From a virus, in the IMG/VR virus record IMGVR_UViG_3300021256_000006, positions 1 through 64,000 of that record: 64,000 nt of DNA, one strand, 5' to 3'. The notes under the pieces are model-generated. The model did no database searches and had not been told where the DNA came from. It saw only the letters and a list, made by a program, of their open reading frames with translations. Of the stretch, positions 36,957-46,797 are shown piece after piece; position 1 is the stretch's first letter; the number at the start of each line of letters is the position of its first letter. The position numbers and the translations under genes are program-made.

Positions 36957-37118
36957 ATGGCAATACAAATTTCAATTTACAACCTGCGAACAAAGCAAAA
37001 GGATATTCGTTATATATATGACGAATCAAAAAATGTCGAGATTTGGAACGCTCAAAGAATACTCACAAATGAGACTTCGTGCAAAGGCTTTGATATGGTA
37101 TTAACTGAAATTGTATAA
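36957..37118 (+). CDS. hypothetical small protein
   Basis: 53-aa ORF found by hand (MAIQISIYNLRTKQ...) with the CAACTATGGCA start context. Below the track cutoff. Confidence 0.35.
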   Translation: MAIQISIYNLRTKQKDIRYIYDESKNVEIWNAQRILTNETSCKGFDMVLTEIV

Positions 37119-37168
37119 AGTATGGCAATACGTTATAAGAACCTGATAAGAGATAAGGAGGAACAGTT

Positions 37169-37705
37169 ATGGATAAAGAAATGAGAAAAAGACTCGAAAA
37201 GTTTGGTCGAGTTGAGGAAGATTCAAAAACTTGGGTGCATCCTTGGGAAACCTATTGGAGATTGTATTGCAAGAAACATCACGGCTTACTTGTAAAGATT
37301 CTTAGCAAGATGTACCCAGACTACACATTTTCACTGGGTGAGAGCCATATTTGCGGAACGATTTTCCAAGTAATCATAATAAACAAAAAAGGAATGACTA
37401 TGGCAAAGAAAAAAATATGGCTTGTCACACAAGAAAGCAATGTGGACGGAGAAATAACATTCAATGTGACGCCTTGCAAGGATTTAGGTACAGCCATCCG
37501 AACAATGAAGAAGGAAATAGACACAATCCTGGACGAGTCGCAAAAGTACAAGGATGCCCGCAGATGGATGGAAGGTGACGACACACTCAACTACGACGAT
37601 TGCCCCTTTGTATGGGAAAATGAAAACCATGACTCGTGGTATCTTAAAGTCATTAACGATGACTACTACGAAGACTTACGAATTGAAGAAAAGGAAATAA
37701 TTTAG
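37169..37705 (+). CDS. hypothetical protein
   Basis: 178-aa ORF preceded by TAAGGAGGAAC. Confidence 0.55.
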   Translation: MDKEMRKRLEKFGRVEEDSKTWVHPWETYWRLYCKKHHGLLVKILSKMYPDYTFSLGESHICGTIFQVIIINKKGMTMAKKKIWLVTQESNVDGEITFNVTPCKDLGTAIRTMKKEIDTILDESQKYKDARRWMEGDDTLNYDDCPFVWENENHDSWYLKVINDDYYEDLRIEEKEII

Positions 37706-37717
37706 GAGGACAACACC

Positions 37718-38197
37718 ATGCTAATAGATTTAATTCTCAATCGCAAAGACGGTCAGCCCTACAACGCAAAGAAGTTCTATGATGCCGTAACTTCTTACCT
37801 CGACACTTTCCACTGCTACATCGGATTGGCAAGGGCGCTCGACGGTGGCGAAGAAGAGGACGTTATCACCGAACTCTGCGACTACATCAAAAGTGGAAAC
37901 TACAACCTCAACATCTGCGACTACATCAGCAGCGTGAAGTGGTTGGAAGACGACGAGCCAGAAAAGACAGAACAGCGTTCCGTTTGGCTACGCATTGGAG
38001 TGGTGGTAACAGGAACAGCGGAAGAAATCGAAGCCTTGTTCCAAGAAGAGGGTGCAGATAAAGCACTCCAAAAATTGCTTGACAACAAGCAATATGAGTT
38101 TGATGGCGACACTTACATCCCAGAATATTGTGTCGAAACCTACAATGAGGAATATCACACCGACCATGAAGTCGGTGAATACGAATTTAATGTATAA
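37718..38197 (+). CDS. hypothetical acidic protein
   Basis: 159-aa ORF preceded by TTAGGAGGAC. Strongly D/E-rich. Confidence 0.55.
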   Translation: MLIDLILNRKDGQPYNAKKFYDAVTSYLDTFHCYIGLARALDGGEEEDVITELCDYIKSGNYNLNICDYISSVKWLEDDEPEKTEQRSVWLRIGVVVTGTAEEIEALFQEEGADKALQKLLDNKQYEFDGDTYIPEYCVETYNEEYHTDHEVGEYEFNV

Positions 38198-38471
38198 CTA
38201 AAAAAATATAACCAATAGGAACAGAAATAACAGTAAAGAAAACAACATTCGAGGTGGAGGGTTGCAAAGAGCCCTGCATTGAAGTAAGCAATGGCTATTG
38301 CATGGTAAGAATCAGCAAGTGCCACAGGCTGATAGGGCGGAGCTCGCTCTATATAAGAGAGTATCTGGACGGCTTCTACAATGGAGAAGACGAGTTTACG
38401 GGCAACTTTGACTCGCTATCCGATGAAGATGCAATCAGGTTGGCCAGGCAATACTCAGCATATCTATAATC

Positions 38472-38738
38472 ATGTTCCATTTAAACACCGACAAAACAAT
38501 GAAGAAACATATCAAGAACGCAATTCAATACGTGAAAGAAAATCACGAATGGAGCGAAGCGTGTGAGCAACACGCATTGGAAATCATTGACAAATGCAGA
38601 TGCCCTATTTCTCAGGCCTCCGACGAAATCACCTATGAAATTCAGCAGTTGATGAATGACTACGGCGATGATCATGACTTGCCTGAAGGCTGGTGGATGG
38701 AAGATATAGACGAGGATGAAATATTTATGAGAATATAA
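38472..38738 (+). CDS. hypothetical protein
   Basis: 88-aa ORF. The ORF at 38254-38469 upstream is weaker (GTG start). Confidence 0.45.
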   Translation: MFHLNTDKTMKKHIKNAIQYVKENHEWSEACEQHALEIIDKCRCPISQASDEITYEIQQLMNDYGDDHDLPEGWWMEDIDEDEIFMRI

Positions 38739-38739
38739 T

Positions 38740-39354
38740 ATGGAAAAGACAATTATTCAGCAGTTCAATGAACTGAAAGAGAAGCACCCAACGGCAATCC
38801 TCCTGTTCCGGTGTGGCGACTTCTACGTAACCTACGAGGATGATGCTCAAATCTGTGCAAACGTGTTGGGCATCACCCTTACCAAACGAACAAGCGACGG
38901 CACTCGCACGGCAGGTTTTCCTTACCATGCTCTTGACACATATCTTCCCAAATTGGTACGATACGTGAATCAACCCGAAAGCATTATGAAACGTATCGCT
39001 ATCTGTGACCAGTTGGAAGACCCACAGACCCAAAAACTTGTGAAGCGAGGCAGTAACGAATTAACCAAACAAGGAGGACTAACAATGAAACTTTTCCACG
39101 ATGTAGGCATTAACGAGCCTTGCCGTGACATCAAAGTCAACGGCAGAAAAATCATGGCAAACGTGTGGGGAGGGCAGACGGAAGTCACCCTCACCACATG
39201 GAGCGAAATCCGACGACTGGGGTTCAAGAAAAGAGAGCGAGCCTTCGGCAACCTTAACGACGGAACTCCCGCACTCTACTTTCAAGCATGGGACGAACAA
39301 AACAATAACCACTGGTTTCTCACCACAGAGAAACTTGAAGAGCTGGAGGACTGA
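38740..39354 (+). CDS. stand-alone MutS domain I (mismatch-binding domain) protein
   Basis: Residues 1-105 align by eye to the E. coli MutS N-terminus: [27 protein letters not shown]...L.ITLTKR...[15 protein letters not shown]...[10 protein letters not shown]. An in-frame SD plus ATG lies at 39085. Confidence 0.7.
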   Translation: MEKTIIQQFNELKEKHPTAILLFRCGDFYVTYEDDAQICANVLGITLTKRTSDGTRTAGFPYHALDTYLPKLVRYVNQPESIMKRIAICDQLEDPQTQKLVKRGSNELTKQGGLTMKLFHDVGINEPCRDIKVNGRKIMANVWGGQTEVTLTTWSEIRRLGFKKRERAFGNLNDGTPALYFQAWDEQNNNHWFLTTEKLEELED

Positions 39355-39510
39355 CAATGACCTACAAACGATTTCACCGCATCATGAATGGTAGGAGTTA
39401 CACCATCACAACCCACCAGCCTGACGTGCCGGACACACTCCGCATATCGAGAGACAAAATGATTGTGTTTAACTATATCAAATAAATTCATCATCTAAAT
39501 CATCACAACT

Positions 39511-40611
39511 ATGGAAACTATGACAGCAAACGGAGTGACTTACTACCAAGATTGGGAAAAGTCAGAGGGTCACATCTATATGGTAAAGCCCAAGACCATC
39601 AATCGCTACATAAAAATTAAAGAAGAGCATCCACGAGAAGAAGCCTACGGTGTGTTTTTTGCTTTCAGCAAGGAACAGTTTCAGGAAGGCTACAAATCGC
39701 TGGTGCGACGTGGTTACATCAAGGATGGCGACAAGATAACACCCGGTGCTATGGGCATCTATGGCACCGCTGATGAAATAGCACGATTCTTCGATTTCTA
39801 CAATGAACGAGACAAGCGCATCGCTAAGGAGTGCGACCCACAAGAGGTGTATTTCTACGAGTGGAACAACCACGAATGTATGTTTGGCGATGATGACGAT
39901 GTGGTGAAACTCATTGCAGACTACTTCGGCAAGGAAGCAGCCCACAAAATTCATCGGGTGGGAGGTGGAAGGGACATCAACATTCTTGTTCCAATTACCG
40001 AACGAGACCACCACCTGCAAGCCCATGAGCATGACATCCTGCTTCTCTCACGGCTGAAGTATGACTGCGAAGGATTCCTCAGCGAAGGTGACTGCCGACA
40101 CGCCAGACCCAGTGACCTGTGGGCAAAGGATTTGAAAATGCAGATAAAAAAGATGCGAGAGTTGTTAGGAGGACTGCCCGATGACATCAAGGGAGAATCG
40201 CCAGTTACCGAGTCTGACATTGACGACTACGAGAAGAGGATGGTTGACGAACTCTGCAAGGAATTTTCCAAACCCAAATACAATCCTGCACCTGATACAA
40301 CATTTGACGAGTACCACAACGCAGAAATCAATGACGTAGATTTATATTACCAAGACGATGACGGGAAATGGCAACGACCTACCAATGTGTGGTTTTCCAA
40401 TGATTCCAGACGCTGGCATCTCAATGATGCCAACACACACGGCAGAGCATTCACATCCTACCTTGGCAAGCATGGCACCACGTTGGCTCCAGTCTATTAC
40501 ATGAGTTGGGGGTCATTGACGAGAAGGCCCTACGTCAACCAGAGATTCTGCAACGTCACCGCCCGCTACGACCATGAATCCGAACGACTTTACGATTTTT
40601 ACAGAGAATAG
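39511..40611 (+). CDS. hypothetical protein
   Basis: 366-aa ORF. Preceded by the AAATTCATCATCTAAATCATCACAACT cassette. Confidence 0.6.
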   Translation: METMTANGVTYYQDWEKSEGHIYMVKPKTINRYIKIKEEHPREEAYGVFFAFSKEQFQEGYKSLVRRGYIKDGDKITPGAMGIYGTADEIARFFDFYNERDKRIAKECDPQEVYFYEWNNHECMFGDDDDVVKLIADYFGKEAAHKIHRVGGGRDINILVPITERDHHLQAHEHDILLLSRLKYDCEGFLSEGDCRHARPSDLWAKDLKMQIKKMRELLGGLPDDIKGESPVTESDIDDYEKRMVDELCKEFSKPKYNPAPDTTFDEYHNAEINDVDLYYQDDDGKWQRPTNVWFSNDSRRWHLNDANTHGRAFTSYLGKHGTTLAPVYYMSWGSLTRRPYVNQRFCNVTARYDHESERLYDFYRE

Positions 40612-40638
40612 AAACAACAATTCAAATTCATCACAACT

Positions 40639-41529
40639 ATGGCAAAAGATTTTATCAAACAATGGGATGGCAGACGGCTTGAAGATTGGGGAAGTGTAGT
40701 TTCCAAGGAGTTCAACCAATTCCAAAACGCTTTCAAGCGTGAGGTGGAACGTCTGGCACAAGAGGGTGGGGCAAAGCTGGTGAGTTATAGCAAAGGGCAT
40801 TACGATATGAGCGGTTTCATAGAAAAGGATGGAATCTATGTGTATTTCAGCTATGGAGCACTTGACCGCACCAAAGTGCAACTCACATCTGCATCCGACT
40901 TTATCTCTCCACTCTTGATGCGAACGGCCAAGCATGAAAAGGATTTTAGTGGAGGGTCAAACAACCATATCCTCTTCACACAGTTCCTGCCCACCATGCA
41001 ACGACTGTTTAAGCAACAGCAACCAAGTGTAGTCACTACACAACCCGAACCTGTAAAGGAGGTGAAACCAAGTGTAGTCACCCCACAAAAGAGTTTAGAC
41101 CGACGCATCTATGACAAGCTGCTGGAATTGGCTCAATGGGAATTTGAACAGAATATGGAACTTGTCGGGCTTCCCGTTACAATGACAGAAGCCACTTTCA
41201 CACTGTATGAACTGACGCATGATAAACATTCCAAATATGGGCCATTTACCTTTGTGGAAAAAGACCGATGGAAAAAATTTCATATTGAAGAAGACAACTT
41301 TAAGTGTAACTTTTTATCAAGTGAAGTGTTTGCAATAGCCTATAAGTTTGAAAATCTTTGCAACATCAAACCTAAAGACAAGGCTCGTTTCCATTACGAG
41401 AAAATGAAGAAACCGGCAACGCCACTTGTCAAACAATCTTTGACAACTGAAGCCATGTGGCTCCATTATGCTAACCTCTTCTTCCTTTTCTTCAACTTTA
41501 ACCAAGCAGAGGCACAACAAGCTGCCTAA
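40639..41529 (+). CDS. hypothetical protein
   Basis: 296-aa ORF. The C-terminal HYANLFFLFFNF is encoded by a repeat also present at 42878-42925. Confidence 0.6.
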   Translation: MAKDFIKQWDGRRLEDWGSVVSKEFNQFQNAFKREVERLAQEGGAKLVSYSKGHYDMSGFIEKDGIYVYFSYGALDRTKVQLTSASDFISPLLMRTAKHEKDFSGGSNNHILFTQFLPTMQRLFKQQQPSVVTTQPEPVKEVKPSVVTPQKSLDRRIYDKLLELAQWEFEQNMELVGLPVTMTEATFTLYELTHDKHSKYGPFTFVEKDRWKKFHIEEDNFKCNFLSSEVFAIAYKFENLCNIKPKDKARFHYEKMKKPATPLVKQSLTTEAMWLHYANLFFLFFNFNQAEAQQAA

Positions 41530-41606
41530 CCCCCAGGGTGTGTGAGTGTAGCAAATATCTCACACATCCACTAATTTCAAATTCATCATCTAAATCATCA
41601 ACAATT

Positions 41607-44600
41607 ATGGCAACAAAACTACAAAGGCTTCGCGACAACATCGAAGCCATCAGGCACGCCCTGACATCCCCGCATTACGATGCCGACATCATGAACAAGT
41701 ACACGGGATTTGGCGGCATGACTTTTCTCCTCAACAACTTGGAGAAGAAATCATGGAGCAAGACTGACAAGCCCTGCTATGACGACACCGTGAAACTGCG
41801 CCAGCTGCTGCATGACAAGAGCGAGAACGAGAAACAATACGAGGCATGGATACAGAGTCTGAAGGCAAGCACATCTACCGCCTACTACACACCAAGGGAG
41901 ATTCCTCAAACGCTCTTCGACAATCTCTACCACATGGCAAAAGGTTGGTACGACAGCAACATCTATCCCAAAAAGGTGCTTGACCCATCAGCAGGAACTG
42001 GAGTCTTCATGTGCTCTGTCCTCCAAGCCTCTCTGGATTCCGGCAACATCCCTAAGCAAGTGGGCTACGAACTTGACCTACTCACAGGAACTATCCTCAA
42101 ACAAAGACTCCTGGGGCATGACATCCGCATCAAGGGTTTTGAGACCATCCCGAATGAAGACCTCGGCACATTCGACCTCGTGACCACCAATGTTCCCTTC
42201 GGCAACATCAACGTGTTTGACCCTCTCTACACCAATAGCAAGGAGCAAGTGAAAAGGGATGCAGCAAAGATGATCCACCGCTACTATGTGCTGAAAGGTC
42301 TTGATTGCCTCCGCAATGGAGGAGTGCTTGCCTACATCATCACCAGCAACTACATCAACCGTGACAACGACCAATTGGCAGAAGCGCTGAAGCACGCCAA
42401 CCTCGTCACCGCCATCCGATTTCCGAACAACCTCTTCAAGGAGGCGGGAACAGAAGTAGGGACCGACCTTCTCATACTCCAGAAGGACGAGCACAAGCAA
42501 GCTCTCACAGAAGACGAGCAGCAACTCCTCACACCTATGGAAATGGACGATTGCCCAACCAACCTCTACTTCAACAATCATCCCGACCACATCATTGCCA
42601 CCTCCACCGAGATAGGCACCGACCCCTACGGAAAGCCTGGCTATATCTACTACCACAAAGACGGAGTGCAAGGCGTAGCCGCAGACATGGGCCGCTTGCT
42701 CAAAGCGGAATTGCCAAACATTGACAAGTCTGCCTTTCAAAAGGGCCCCTCACTCTCTCCATCTTCCTCCCTTGCAGTCAGCGGTTCCCCCGCTGACACC
42801 ACTTCCCCCGCTCCCACCGCCAAGCATCCCATTCCTAATTCCTCATTCCTCATTCCTAATTCCGAACCCCTCTTCTTCCACTATGCCAACAAGTTTTTCC
42901 TCTTCTTCACCTTTGCACCAAGCAAGCATCAAGCACCTGCAAGCAAAGAACAGAAACTGAAAAACTTGCACAAGTTATACACCGACCTCTACAATTACGA
43001 GGCAAGCTATCAGAACGAGGACGAAGAAGGGCGCTGCAAGTTGAATGCTTCTTATGATTTGTTCGTCAGGTCTTACGGTTTCCTGAACGATTCCAAGAAT
43101 GCTTCTCTTGCCAAGCGTTTAGGCATTACCGACTTGCTTGCCATTGAGCGTTACGAGAATGGCACATGGGTAAAGGCAGACATCATGCTGGCACCCGTCG
43201 CCTTCTCCACCGACGAGGAACCGAAAGCGAGCTCACCCCAAGAGGCATTGGCAGCATCGCTGAATAAATACGGAAAGCCCAATATTGATTATATGCTCTC
43301 CATCACCACCTGTACCCGTGACCAACTTCTCAGCGAACTGCATGACGAGGTGTTCCTCAACCCCATCAACGGGCAATACGAAGTCAGGGCAAAGTTCCTC
43401 AGCGGAAATGTGATTGAGAAGATTGATGCAATCGAAAAACTTTCAGCTTCTCAACTGTCAACTGCGACCTGTCAACTTTCGCTGAAGGCTCTCAAGTCTG
43501 TCATCCCCGCTCCCATTCCTTTTGAGGAACTTGACTTCAACCTTGGCGAGCGCTGGATTGACTGCAAGGTGTATGAGCGCTTCGCCAACGACTTCTTCTC
43601 CATGCCTGGCAACACTCCCGACATCGAGGTGCGCTACAATCCTCTCCTCGACCAGTATGCAGCAGGTCTCAGGAAATGGGACTGGAATGAGAAGATACGC
43701 ACTCAGTACGCGGTCAAGAGTGAAGCATCCAAGACGCTTGACGGACTTGAAATATTCACTCATGCCCTGCATAATACAATACCCAAGTTGATGAAGTATC
43801 AACGAGACAAGGAAGGGCGCATCATGACGGACGAGAACTACGATAAAATTAAAATAGAGGACTCGGAGAATATGCAGTTGGCAGCAACCAAGATTGAAGA
43901 AATCAGACAGGCATTTGAGGAGTGGCTACGCCGACAGCCAAGGGAGTTCAGGGATGATTTGGCCAGCGTATACAACCATCGCTTCAACTGCTTTGTCAAG
44001 CCTAAATATGACGGTAGCCATCAGACATTCCCGGACCTCAACATGAAAGGGCTGAAAGAAAAGTATGGCATTGACCACATCTACGACAGCCAAAAGGATT
44101 GCGTCTGGATGCTCTTGCTGAATGGTGGTGGCATCTGCGACCACGAGGTAGGAAGCGGAAAGACACTCATCATGTGTATTGCAGCCCACGAGATGAAACG
44201 TCTCGGACTGTGCCACAAGCCAATGATAATAGGCATGAAGGCCAACGTGAGTGCCATAGCAGAAACATATCGGACAGCATATCCCAATGCTCGCATCCTC
44301 TTCGCTACAGAGGCTGACTACTCGGCAAGCAACCGTATGGCGTTCTTCAACAACGCCAAAAACAACGACTATGACTGCATCATCATGAGCCACGACCAGT
44401 TCGGACGTATTCCACAGAGCGAAAAAATACAGCTCGACATCATGTGCGACGAACTGCGACAGGTAGAAGACAGTCTGACAGCAATGGAGGATTGGGGCTA
44501 CAAAGTGACTTCAAAAATGCTCCGTGGATTGGAGATTAGAAAGCGCAACCTTCACGCAAAAATCATGAACCTCCGCAATTCTATCAATTCGAGGAAGGAT

Positions 44601-46628
44601 GATATTGTGGACTTCGAGAGGCTGGGCATTGACCACATCTTCATTGACGAGAGCCACCAGTTCAAGAACCTCGGCTTTGTGACACGGCATGACCGCGTGG
44701 CTGGCATTGGCAACACACAGGGCAGCAAGCGTGCTTTCAATCTGTTGATGGCCATCCGCACCATACAGAACCGCACAGGGCGTGACCTCGGTGCCACCTT
44801 CCTCAGTGGCACCACCGTTACTAATTCCCTCACAGAACTGTTCCTTCTCTTCAAGTATCTCCGGCCCAATGCACTTCGCAAACAAGCCATCACTTGCTTC
44901 GATGCTTGGGCTGCTATATTCACGAAGAAGAGCACGGAGTTCGAGTTCAATGTCACCAACTGCATCGTTCAGAAGGAGCGCTTCCGTTACTTTATCAAGG
45001 TGCCGGAACTCGCCATGTTCTACAACGAGATTACAGACTTCCGAACGGCAGAGGATGTCGGCATCGAACGACCCCAAAAGCATGCAAGACTGCTGAACAT
45101 AAAGCCGACACCGGACCAAGAGGGCTTCATTGAGCGTCTGATGAAGTTTGCGCAGGGAGGTTCCCCTTCCCTGATATTCCGTGAAAGCCTTTCCGACAAC
45201 GAGGAAAAGGCGCGTATGCTTATCTGTACCGACCTCGCTCGAAAGATGTCTCTGGATATGCGGCTGATTGACCCTCGCTTTGGTGATCATCCATCCAACA
45301 AGGCAAGCCAATGCGCCAACCTCGTCAAGAAGTATTATGATGAATATGACGACCAACGTGGCACACAGCTCATCTTCTCCGACATATCCACATGGCAAAA
45401 CAATACCGATTGGAGTGTGTACAGCGAAATCAAGCGAAAGCTGATGGACATGGGCATACCTGGCAGCGAAATCAGGTTCATTCAGGAGTGTAAGAACGAC
45501 CACCAAAAACAATTGCTCATTGAGCAGGTCAACCTCGGATATGTGCGTGTCCTCTTTGGCTCCACATCCATGCTGGGTACCGGAGTGAACCTCCAGCAGC
45601 GAGTGGTGGCCGTGCATCACCTCGACACACCGTGGCGACCTTCCGACCTCGAACAGAGAGACGGACGGGCCATCCGGAAAGGAAACGAAGTGGCACGGCT
45701 CTATGCCAACAACCAAGTAGATGTTATCATCTATGCTGTTGAACGCTCGTTGGACTCTTACAAGTTCAATCTCCTGCACCTCAAACAAACCTTCATCAAC
45801 CAACTCAAACGAGGACAACTCGGAGTGAGAACGATTGACGAGGGCAGCATGGACGAGAACGGCATGAACTTCTCGGAGTACATGGCTATTCTTTCCGGCA
45901 ACACCGACTTGCTGGAACGTGCCAAACTGGAGAAGCGCATTGCCATGCTGGAGGCCGAACGCAAGAACTTCTACCGTGACCAGCGAGAACAAGAGGAAAA
46001 AATGGAAACGCTGAAAAAGGATAACGAGCTCTACAAAAATCACCTTGCAGACGCCCAAGCCGACTTTGCCAAGTTCAACAAAGCAAGGCGCCTCGATGAA
46101 GAGGGCAATGTAGTGAACGACCTCCGTCTGGATGGTCTCGCACTCAGCGGTTCCCCCGCTGAGATACAAACCCTCCTCGGCAACCACCTCATCAAAATTG
46201 CCAACACCGCCAGAACACAAGATGCCCACCTTCCCATCGGCTCCATCTATGGATTCAAGGTGCTGGTCAAGACGGTGGAGACAGCAACGATGGACGGCAA
46301 TCCGCAGTACGCTAATATGTTCTTTGTCAGCAGCGACACACTCATGTATTCTTACAATAATGGCTACATCAATCGCAACTCTCCCAAGGCATCAGCACTC
46401 TACCCGCTGAACGCCTTGCAGCGCATCCCGGAAATCATCACTGGGTGGATGGAGAAAATCGAAAGCAACGAGAACAGCATCAAGCAGATTGCATCTATCC
46501 TTTCCGCAACGACTGAATGGTCAAAGGAGGACCGTTTGAAGCAGCTGAAGAATGACCTCAAACTTCTTGACAAGAAGATTGAGGAAGACATGAAGAAAAA
46601 GGACGAGCCCACCAAGAAAGCAGCCTAA
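41607..46628 (+). CDS. DarB-like fused N6-adenine methyltransferase / SF2 (SNF2-type) helicase
   Basis: MTase motif I VLDPSAGTGVF and motif IV TNVPFGN. Helicase motifs EVGSGKT, IFIDESHQFKN, TSMLGTGVNLQ and QRDGRAIRKGN. ATG at 41607 is preferred over the GTG at 41538. Confidence 0.8.
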   Translation: MATKLQRLRDNIEAIRHALTSPHYDADIMNKYTGFGGMTFLLNNLEKKSWSKTDKPCYDDTVKLRQLLHDKSENEKQYEAWIQSLKASTSTAYYTPREIPQTLFDNLYHMAKGWYDSNIYPKKVLDPSAGTGVFMCSVLQASLDSGNIPKQVGYELDLLTGTILKQRLLGHDIRIKGFETIPNEDLGTFDLVTTNVPFGNINVFDPLYTNSKEQVKRDAAKMIHRYYVLKGLDCLRNGGVLAYIITSNYINRDNDQLAEALKHANLVTAIRFPNNLFKEAGTEVGTDLLILQKDEHKQALTEDEQQLLTPMEMDDCPTNLYFNNHPDHIIATSTEIGTDPYGKPGYIYYHKDGVQGVAADMGRLLKAELPNIDKSAFQKGPSLSPSSSLAVSGSPADTTSPAPTAKHPIPNSSFLIPNSEPLFFHYANKFFLFFTFAPSKHQAPASKEQKLKNLHKLYTDLYNYEASYQNEDEEGRCKLNASYDLFVRSYGFLNDSKNASLAKRLGITDLLAIERYENGTWVKADIMLAPVAFSTDEEPKASSPQEALAASLNKYGKPNIDYMLSITTCTRDQLLSELHDEVFLNPINGQYEVRAKFLSGNVIEKIDAIEKLSASQLSTATCQLSLKALKSVIPAPIPFEELDFNLGERWIDCKVYERFANDFFSMPGNTPDIEVRYNPLLDQYAAGLRKWDWNEKIRTQYAVKSEASKTLDGLEIFTHALHNTIPKLMKYQRDKEGRIMTDENYDKIKIEDSENMQLAATKIEEIRQAFEEWLRRQPREFRDDLASVYNHRFNCFVKPKYDGSHQTFPDLNMKGLKEKYGIDHIYDSQKDCVWMLLLNGGGICDHEVGSGKTLIMCIAAHEMKRLGLCHKPMIIGMKANVSAIAETYRTAYPNARILFATEADYSASNRMAFFNNAKNNDYDCIIMSHDQFGRIPQSEKIQLDIMCDELRQVEDSLTAMEDWGYKVTSKMLRGLEIRKRNLHAKIMNLRNSINSRKDDIVDFERLGIDHIFIDESHQFKNLGFVTRHDRVAGIGNTQGSKRAFNLLMAIRTIQNRTGRDLGATFLSGTTVTNSLTELFLLFKYLRPNALRKQAITCFDAWAAIFTKKSTEFEFNVTNCIVQKERFRYFIKVPELAMFYNEITDFRTAEDVGIERPQKHARLLNIKPTPDQEGFIERLMKFAQGGSPSLIFRESLSDNEEKARMLICTDLARKMSLDMRLIDPRFGDHPSNKASQCANLVKKYYDEYDDQRGTQLIFSDISTWQNNTDWSVYSEIKRKLMDMGIPGSEIRFIQECKNDHQKQLLIEQVNLGYVRVLFGSTSMLGTGVNLQQRVVAVHHLDTPWRPSDLEQRDGRAIRKGNEVARLYANNQVDVIIYAVERSLDSYKFNLLHLKQTFINQLKRGQLGVRTIDEGSMDENGMNFSEYMAILSGNTDLLERAKLEKRIAMLEAERKNFYRDQREQEEKMETLKKDNELYKNHLADAQADFAKFNKARRLDEEGNVVNDLRLDGLALSGSPAEIQTLLGNHLIKIANTARTQDAHLPIGSIYGFKVLVKTVETATMDGNPQYANMFFVSSDTLMYSYNNGYINRNSPKASALYPLNALQRIPEIITGWMEKIESNENSIKQIASILSATTEWSKEDRLKQLKNDLKLLDKKIEEDMKKKDEPTKKAA
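42772..42925 (+). repeat. intergenic-type composite element embedded in frame in the methylase-helicase ORF
   Basis: Hairpin motif at 42772-42797, heptamers CATTCCTAATTCCTCATTCCTCATTCCTAATTCC at 42830-42863, then TTCTTCACCTTTGCACC resembling the promoter box at 46793-46808. Confidence 0.7.
46138..46163 (+). repeat. hairpin motif copy inside coding sequence
   Basis: TCGCACTCAGCGGTTCCCCCGCTGAG, encoding LALSGSPAE. Confidence 0.75.
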
Positions 46629-46636
46629 TAAAAAAA

Positions 46637-46790
46637 TAGGAATTTGGAATGAGGAATGAGGAATGGTATGTTATGCTGATTGCATGGTATCAATTCCTAT
46701 CTCCTCATTTCTCATTCCTAACTCCTCATTGTATCAACATTCCATTCCTAACTCCTAATTCCTAATTCCTCATTTTGTATAATTCCTCAT
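46637..46790. repeat. palindromic heptamer element
   Basis: TAGGAATTTGGAATGAGGAATGAGGAATGG - core TATGTTATGCTGATTGCATGGTATC (inverted relative to the core at 33055-33080) - ATTCCT arrays. Confidence 0.8.
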
Positions 46791-46797
46791 TTATTCT

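Noticed and set aside
44511-46229. Long antisense ORFs. These are 572 aa here, plus 35278-36408 (376 aa), 20100-20948 (282 aa), 15163-15987 (274 aa), 32039-32731 (230 aa), 42078-42740 and 55163-55858.
   Set aside because: Each lies fully inside a longer ORF with clear domain motifs on the other strand. Their sequences are low-complexity or hydrophobic mirror images, and they lack promoter boxes and start contexts. They are consistent with codon-usage shadow frames.
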